Source of the DNA: Heptranchias perlo
Taxonomy: Eukaryota
Length of the DNA stretch: 64,000 nt
Direction of reading: 5' to 3'
NCBI RefSeq assembly: GCF_035084215.1
Contig: NC_090345.1
Coordinates: 26,102,001 to 26,166,000, forward strand
Below, in pieces: positions 57,488 through 64,000 of this stretch. Each line of letters begins with the position of its first letter. Position 1 is the first letter of the stretch. The notes beneath the pieces were generated by a model. That model ran no database searches. It had not been told where the DNA came from and saw nothing but the letters and a program-made list of their open reading frames with translations. Position numbers and translations under genes: made by a program.

Positions 57488-58259
57488 TAGGTACTGTAGG
57501 TCTGCAGGCACAATGGCTCTCAAGCAATGGTCAGTATCTTTACAAGAAGAGGATATAACAATGTGGGGGGAAAAGAAAGTACTTTCCCAGACTTTCTCTT
57601 TATTAAAAAACGTTCCCTATCAATACAAAAGCAAGAACAAGTTAACATATTTTATTGTTGACTTAATGTTCCAAATCTTGCAATGTCCTGCTGTTTCTGT
57701 ATGTTGGCTTTACTGTTGAATTCTATTTTATCTTGCAGTGCTGAATTACATTTAATGTTCAATACAACAGAATTCACAAGACACCTACTGCTTATCATTT
57801 ACTGAATTTCTGTTAATGGTGCATTTTTAAACTGACAGATGATCTCTCTACTGCTTCAGTGAACAAAGTGTATGTAGTCACTATAGCATTGTTTTATGAG
57901 TCAGATTAAACTTAATGTCATACAGATTTACACAGCACAGTTGTCACCCCATATCTTAAGATTTAGTTGCCTGTGTGTTCTGAAATCTTCAGACAAAACT
58001 CCTAGCTTGATGGCGAGCTTCTCATATTACCATTGCTCTACTTTGCATACATTTATAGGACCAAGCCATAGGACCAGGACCCAGCTGATTGCTAGGACTT
58101 TAAAACCAATAATGAATTATAAATATTTTCCAGATTTCTCACTTTTCTTTTCTCCTGAAGTCTCGACATTGACTGTTAATAGATTATTTGTCTTTGGGAG
58201 CATCAAAGCCAAGTCCAATTCTGTCCTGATCCAACATCCACATATATTTTCTAGCAGAC

Positions 58260-58460
58260 GATTCTGGGTTGTGATCAGTAACAGGAAGCATAGCCATTTC
58301 TTACTTCTCCCTAACCCAGGGATACTGAGGCCAATTGTATTATCGCTAATGCTGTCAGTGCTGAGATCAACTAACTCAGAATAGAACATTGAACTTGGGG
58401 CCTTCCTGGAATGTATATTCATGCAAGCAATACATTTATCCACCGAGTCTTTGGAGAATT
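58260..58460 (-). mobile_element. Ancient tRNA-derived SINE (AmnSINE2-like)
   Basis: CTGAGGCCAATTGTA...CTGAGATCAACTAACTC, similar to 3620-3802. Confidence 0.55.
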
Positions 58461-58479
58461 CCTCTGTTTACAATGATTT

Positions 58480-58607
58480 TACCCAGCCCTACCTCTCCAC
58501 CACCTCTCTTAAACTCTTTACTGCCTCTGTGCTGTCAGACTGCTTGTCTGACATCCAGTCTTGGATGAGCCACAATTTTCTCCAGCTAAACATTGGGAAG
58601 AGCGAAT
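58480..58607 (+). mobile_element. L2-like LINE, left part (resumes at 60860)
   Basis: SVLSDCLSDIQSWMSHNFLQLNIGK. Confidence 0.8.
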
Positions 58608-60857
58608 TATAGAATCATATAAAGTTATGGCACAGAAGGAGGCCATATGGCTCATCATGTCCTTGCCGACCGAAAAAGAGCTGTCCCGCTTAATCCCACT
58701 TTCCAGCACTTGGTCTATAGCCCTGTAGGTTACGGCACTTCAAGTGCACATCCAAGTGCTTTTTAAATGACTTGAGGGTTTCTTCCTCTACCACCCTTTC
58801 AGGCAGTGAGTTTCAGACTCCCAGCAACCTCTGGGTGAAAAAATTTCCCCTCAGCTCTCCTCTAATCCTTCTACCAATTACTTTAAATCTATGCCCCCTG
58901 GTCACTGACCCCTCTGCTAAGGGAAATAGGTCCTCCCCATCTACTCTATCTAGTCCTGTCATAATTTTATATACCTCAATTAATTAAATATCCCCTCAGC
59001 CTTCTTTGTTCCAAAGAAAACAACCCCAGCCTATCCAATCTTTTCTCATAGCTAAAATTCTCCAGCCCTGGCAACATCCTCGTAAATCTCCTCTGTACCC
59101 TCTCAAGTGCAATCTCATCTTTCCTGTAATGTGACCAGAACTGTACGCAGCACTCAATCTGTGGCCAGATCAATGTTTTATACAGTTCTAGCATAACCTC
59201 CCTGCTCTTATATTCTATGCCTCGGCTAAAAAAGGAAAGTATCCCGTATGCCTTTTTAACCACCTTTAACAACCTGTCCTGCTACCTTCAGGGATCTGTG
59301 GACATGCACTCCAAGGTCCCCTTGTTCCTCTACGCCTCTCATTATCCTCCCATTTATTGTGTACTCCCTTGCCTTGTTTGCCCTCCCCAAATGCATTACG
59401 TTACACTTCTCTGGATTGAATTTGATTTACCACTTTTCTGCCCACCTGACCCAGTCCATTAATATCTTCCTGCAGTCTACAGCTTTCCTCCTCACTATCA
59501 ACCACATGGCCAATTTTTGTGTCATCTGCAAATTTCTTGATCAAGTGCCCCATATTCAAGTCCAAATCAATAACATATACCACAAAAAGCAAGTGATCTG
59601 GTACTGAGCTTTGCAAGACCCCACTGGAAACAGCCTTCCAGTCGCAAAAACACCCGTCAACCCTTTGCGTCCTGCCATTGAGCCAATTTTGGGTCCAATT
59701 TGCCACTTTCCCTTGGATCCCATGGGCTTCTACTTTTTTGACCGGTCTGCCACTGTCAAAAGCCTTGCTAAAATCCATGTACACTACATCAAATGCATTA
59801 CCCTCATTGACCCTCCTTGTTACCTGCTCAAAAAATTCAATCAAGTTAGTCAGACACGATCTTCCCTCAACAAATCCATGCTGACTGTCCTTGATTAACC
59901 TGTGCCTTTCTTAATGATGATTTATGCTGTCCCTCAGAATCGATTCCAATAATTTGCCCACCACTGAGATTAGACTGACTGGCCTATAATTACTTGGTCT
60001 ATCTCTTTCTCCCTTTTTAAACAACGGTATAATGTTAGTAGTCCTCCAATCCTCTGGCATCACGCCTGTAGCCAGGGAGGATTAGAAAATGATGGTCAGA
60101 GCCTCCGCTATTTCCTCCCTTGCTTCTCTTAGCAGCCTGGGTTACATTTCTTCCAGGCCTGGTGATTTATCTACTTTCAAAGATGCTAAACCCCTTAATA
60201 CTTCCTCTCTCACTATGTTTATCCCATCCAATATTGCACACTCCTCCTCAACTACAATCTCTGCATCGTTCCCCTCTTTTGTGAAGACAGACGCAAAGTA
60301 TTCATTACGAACCATACCCACATCTTCGGCCTCCACACATAGGTTACCTTTTTGGTCTCTAATGGGCCCTACACTTTCCTTAGTTATCCTCTTGCTCTGT
60401 ATGTATTTATAAAACATTTTTGGGTTTTCTTTAATTTTACTTGCCAGTATTTTTTCATGCTCTCTCTTTGCTTTCCTAATTTCCTTTTTAATTTCACCCC
60501 TGCATTTTCTATATTCCTCTAGGCTTTCTGCGGTATTGAGCTCTTGGTGTTTGACATAAGCTTCCCTTTTTTGCCTTCTCTTACCCTGTATGCTCCTTGT
60601 CATCCAGGGGGCTCTAGATTTGGCAGTCCCACCCTTTTTGTGGGAACATGTTTACTCTGAACCCCATGAATTTCCCCCTTGAATGCCTCCCACTGCTCTG
60701 ATTCTGATTTACCTTCAAGTAGCTGTTTTCAGTCCACTTTTGCTAAATCACTTCTTAGCTTAGTAAAATTGGCCTTTCCCCAATTTAGAATTTTTACTCC
60801 TGTTCTATCTCTGTCCTTTTCCATAACTATGCTAAATCTAACTGAATTATGATCACT
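58608..60857 (-). mobile_element. CR1 LINE (second subfamily) inserted in L2
   Basis: SDHNSVRF, KIKENPKMFYKYI, YMDFSKAFD, KKFADDTKIG; TTCTAT tail. Confidence 0.92.
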
Positions 60858-60859
60858 AC

Positions 60860-61540
60860 AGAAGCCATCATCTTTGGTCCCATCAGCAAACGCTGTAGGC
60901 TTGCCACCCACTCCAACCCCTCCTTGGTACTGCTTCAGGCTGAACCAGACCGCTCGTAAGCTCAGCGTTCTATTTGAGCCTGAGCTGAGCTTCCTACTCC
61001 ATACCCTCTCCATAACAGAGACCATCTTCCTCCACCTCCATAACATCACCTGCCACTATCCCTACAACAGCCCATCTGCCGCTGCGACCCTCATCTGCCC
61101 TTTTGTCACTTCCATACTCAACTATTTCAATGTTCTCCTGGCTGACCTCCCATCCTCCATCCTCAATAAACTTTAACTCATCCAAAAATTCTGTTGCTTT
61201 TATCCTACTCTGCACAAAGTCCCAGTTGCCCAACATCTCTGCCCTTACTGACTCAATGTCTCACATTTAAAATTCTTATCCTTATGTTTTAATCCCCCCT
61301 AAGCATCAGCTATTCCTCAATCTGTAACCTTCACCAGCGCTGGACTCCCTCCCTCCCCCCACCCCCCTAAACTCCCTATTCATCTGACTCTGACATCCAC
61401 TCCCTTTGCTGCACCATTGGTGTCCATGCCTTCAGGTGCCTAAGCCCTAAGCTCTGGAATCTCCTCCCTAAATCCTTCCACCTCTGCACTTCCCTCTCCT
61501 CCTTTAGGATGCACATTAAACTCCACCTTTATGACTATCA
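60860..61540 (+). mobile_element. L2-like LINE, right part
   Basis: RLNQTARKLSVLFEPELSF...FLHLHNI, colinear with 51930-52620. Confidence 0.82.
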
Positions 61541-62189
61541 ATTTCTCAATGAATACAACTACTTATTGCTGTTTTTGGGACAGCACTCACTTTAGGAGTA
61601 TGGACCAGTAATGATAACAAAGCGCTTATTAGCCAGGAGTTCAAAATTACTTGTTCACACATCCTTCTGGGCCGTGCTTTACACAAACCTGGGACAAATA
61701 GTGCGAAACCTGGTCTCACCATATTATATGACCTGTGGCTTCTTTCTACCCTGAACATAAAATATAGGCTAGTATACAGTACTTCATAGAAAATCCTTAA
61801 AGATGTTCATTCTTAATGTGTTGTCATCAAATTTTCATTGCTAGGTCACTTCATACCTTTTGTGCATAGTATTTAAATAATTCATTGATTTTCAATAGAT
61901 TATTTGTCAAAATAAAATTCTTTTTATGAATACTGAAGGATCTCTCCTATGTTACTTACAGTGAGTGGGAGGTGGGGGTGGAATTTGCTGTTGTATAATA
62001 TTTTATGCCAGGTAATAAAGAATGTATTGTTCTCAGGGCAAATGAAGTTGATTGTATAAGTGAAAATCAATCTTTATTACATGGTATTGTGGGATTTTCC
62101 AGTATTTTGGGAATCAAATCTCATGATTAATTCCATTTTTATGAAAATTATAAATTAGTGGCCACGATGACATACTGCTTGGATAATGA

Positions 62190-62685
62190 GAGTCTAAATG
62201 GGATATAGGAGCAAAGAGATCTGGGGCTACAGATATACAAATCAACAAAAGCAGTGAAGCAGGTTAATAAGGCTTTTTTCTCTGGAAAAGAGAAGACTGA
62301 GAGCTGAACTGGTAGAGGTCTTTAAGATTATGAAAGGGTTTGATAGGGTAGACATGGAGAAGATGTTTCCATTTGTGGGGGAGAATAGAACTAGGGGCCA
62401 TAAGTATAAGATAGTCACTAATAAATCCAATAGGAGAAACTTCTTTACCCAGAGAATGGTTAGAATGTGGAACTCGCTACCACAAGGAGTAGTTGAGGCG
62501 ACTAGCATAGATGTATTTAAGGAGAAGCTAGATAAGCACATGAGGGAGAAAGGAATAGAAGGATATGCTGATAGGGTTAGATGAAATAGGAAAGGAGGAG
62601 GCTCGTATGGAGCATAAACACCGGCATAGACCTGTTGGGCCGAATGGCCTGTTTCTGTGCTGTAGATTCTATGTAATTCTATGTA
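62190..62685 (+). mobile_element. CR1 3' fragment
   Basis: EVFKIMKGFDRVD, NFFTQRMVRMWNSLP, GGGCCGAATGGCCT...TTCTATG tail. Confidence 0.88.
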
Positions 62686-63285
62686 GTTCTATGATGATTA
62701 TTATTTATGTATTGAAATTTGATCTCTTTTTTAAAAAACAAAGGATATAGAGTAAGATGGTATGCAAAGTGTACTAGATTGGAAATAGGTAATTGAGCCC
62801 TGAAATTCCCACCATAGCAAGTGCGGTGGAACAAGATTTCTGCTGACCGACCTGCCTCAGCGCTGACCCCGTCCCAGTGATGGATGGGACATTAGCATAA
62901 AGGCAGAAAACATGTGCGTCATTTATGATGCTCCCTGTGCTTCTGACCTGTGGGGGAGAGGGCGAGGAAATATGGAGTAGTATCTTGTGCCCCATTGGGG
63001 GGGCAGGCCATTCCTGCCAGAAAATCTGATTTTTATTTCTAAACGCTGTGCGAATTGACTTTTGGCAGGATTGCTGGTGGATGATGTCATCCTGCCAATC
63101 CCACCTCCTCTTGATGTAACCATGTAAAGGGAGGGTAGATACAAAAATTGCCTGCCCACTCTCGTTGGAATTTCACAAATGAGAAGAAAGAGTAAGAGAC
63201 TTGGCAGAACCAGGTTCCTCCCCAACTTTGTCACTCACGCTATGTTGGTCAGAAATTTCTAGCTGCTGGTGTTTAGCTGTACCGG

Positions 63286-63590
63286 GAACATAGGAACAGG
63301 AGTAAGCCATTCAGCCCCTTGAGCATGTTTCACAGTTCAATGACATCATGGCTGATCTGTATCCTAACTCCATTTACCCGTCTGGGTTTCATATCCCTTA
63401 ATACCCTTGGCTAGCGAAAATCTATTGATCTCAGATTTAAAATTATTAATTGAGCTAGCATCTACAGCTTTTTGTGGGAGAGAGTTCCACACTTATACCA
63501 TCCTTTGCATGAAGAGGTGTTTCCTAACTTCTCTCCTGAATGGCTCTGATTTTAAGGTTATATCCCCTTAGCCTAGACTCCCTCACCAGG
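63286..63590 (-). mobile_element. CR1 3' fragment
   Basis: Same 3' UTR type as 11263-11580. Confidence 0.82.
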
Positions 63591-64000
63591 AGGAATGGGG
63601 GAGGGGAGTCATGGAGTTTAACAGTATTGGGGGGAACTCCTGGGCTTTGGTCGCATTGGATCTGGCCATGGAGTTTAGCCGAACTGGGGGGTGGAATATG
63701 GGGTTTGGCACACTGCCGGATTTCCAGGTTCTGTCAGCACTTGGAGCAGAACAGGTCTCATAACGTGGGGAAAAAGCCATGGGTCTGTAGCACTGCTTTG
63801 TAACACATCTCTGCAGAGGCATTACATTGCTGCTTTAATAATATTTATTTTTATTTTCAACTAACAAAGCTCTGTCTGCAATTTTTGAATCTCTTGGAGA
63901 GTGGGTAGGAGGAGCAGAGTTAGAAAACAGCATATTTTGTGAATGACTAATCTTGCTGTCAATTATAAATACTTCCAGAATTTACGTGGAAACATTATCT

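Noticed and set aside
57896-58443. 162 aa and 108 aa ORFs as possible FANK1 exons
   Set aside because: No FN3 or ankyrin similarity; overlap a decayed SINE

Overview
Vertebrate genomic DNA, most likely a shark or other cartilaginous fish (inferred from the CR1, L2, Deu-SINE and Penelope-type repeats). It carries the conserved UROS-BCCIP-DHX32-(FANK1) block. UROS (minus) is represented by its first three coding exons and runs off the left edge. BCCIP (plus) is complete: 7 exons, 296 aa, head-to-head with UROS, with a GC-AG intron 4. DHX32 (minus) is complete: 11 coding exons, about 760 aa, tail-to-tail with BCCIP, with degenerate helicase motifs and a C-terminal CaaX box. A candidate FANK1 first coding exon lies behind an RFX X-box. 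Introns are dense with nested retroelements. The most unusual signal is two independent full-length copies of a 3.2 kb single-ORF (APE+RT) LINE that begins with a tRNA-Thr-like Pol III head and whose sense strand is almost free of TTTT terminators, suggesting a Pol III-transcribed protein-coding retrotransposon. Also notable are a TSD-flanked mini-element carrying a minimal hammerhead ribozyme and a GATA cluster at the position of the erythroid UROS promoter. All calls were read by eye; gene names rest on recalled human protein sequences and synteny, not on searches.
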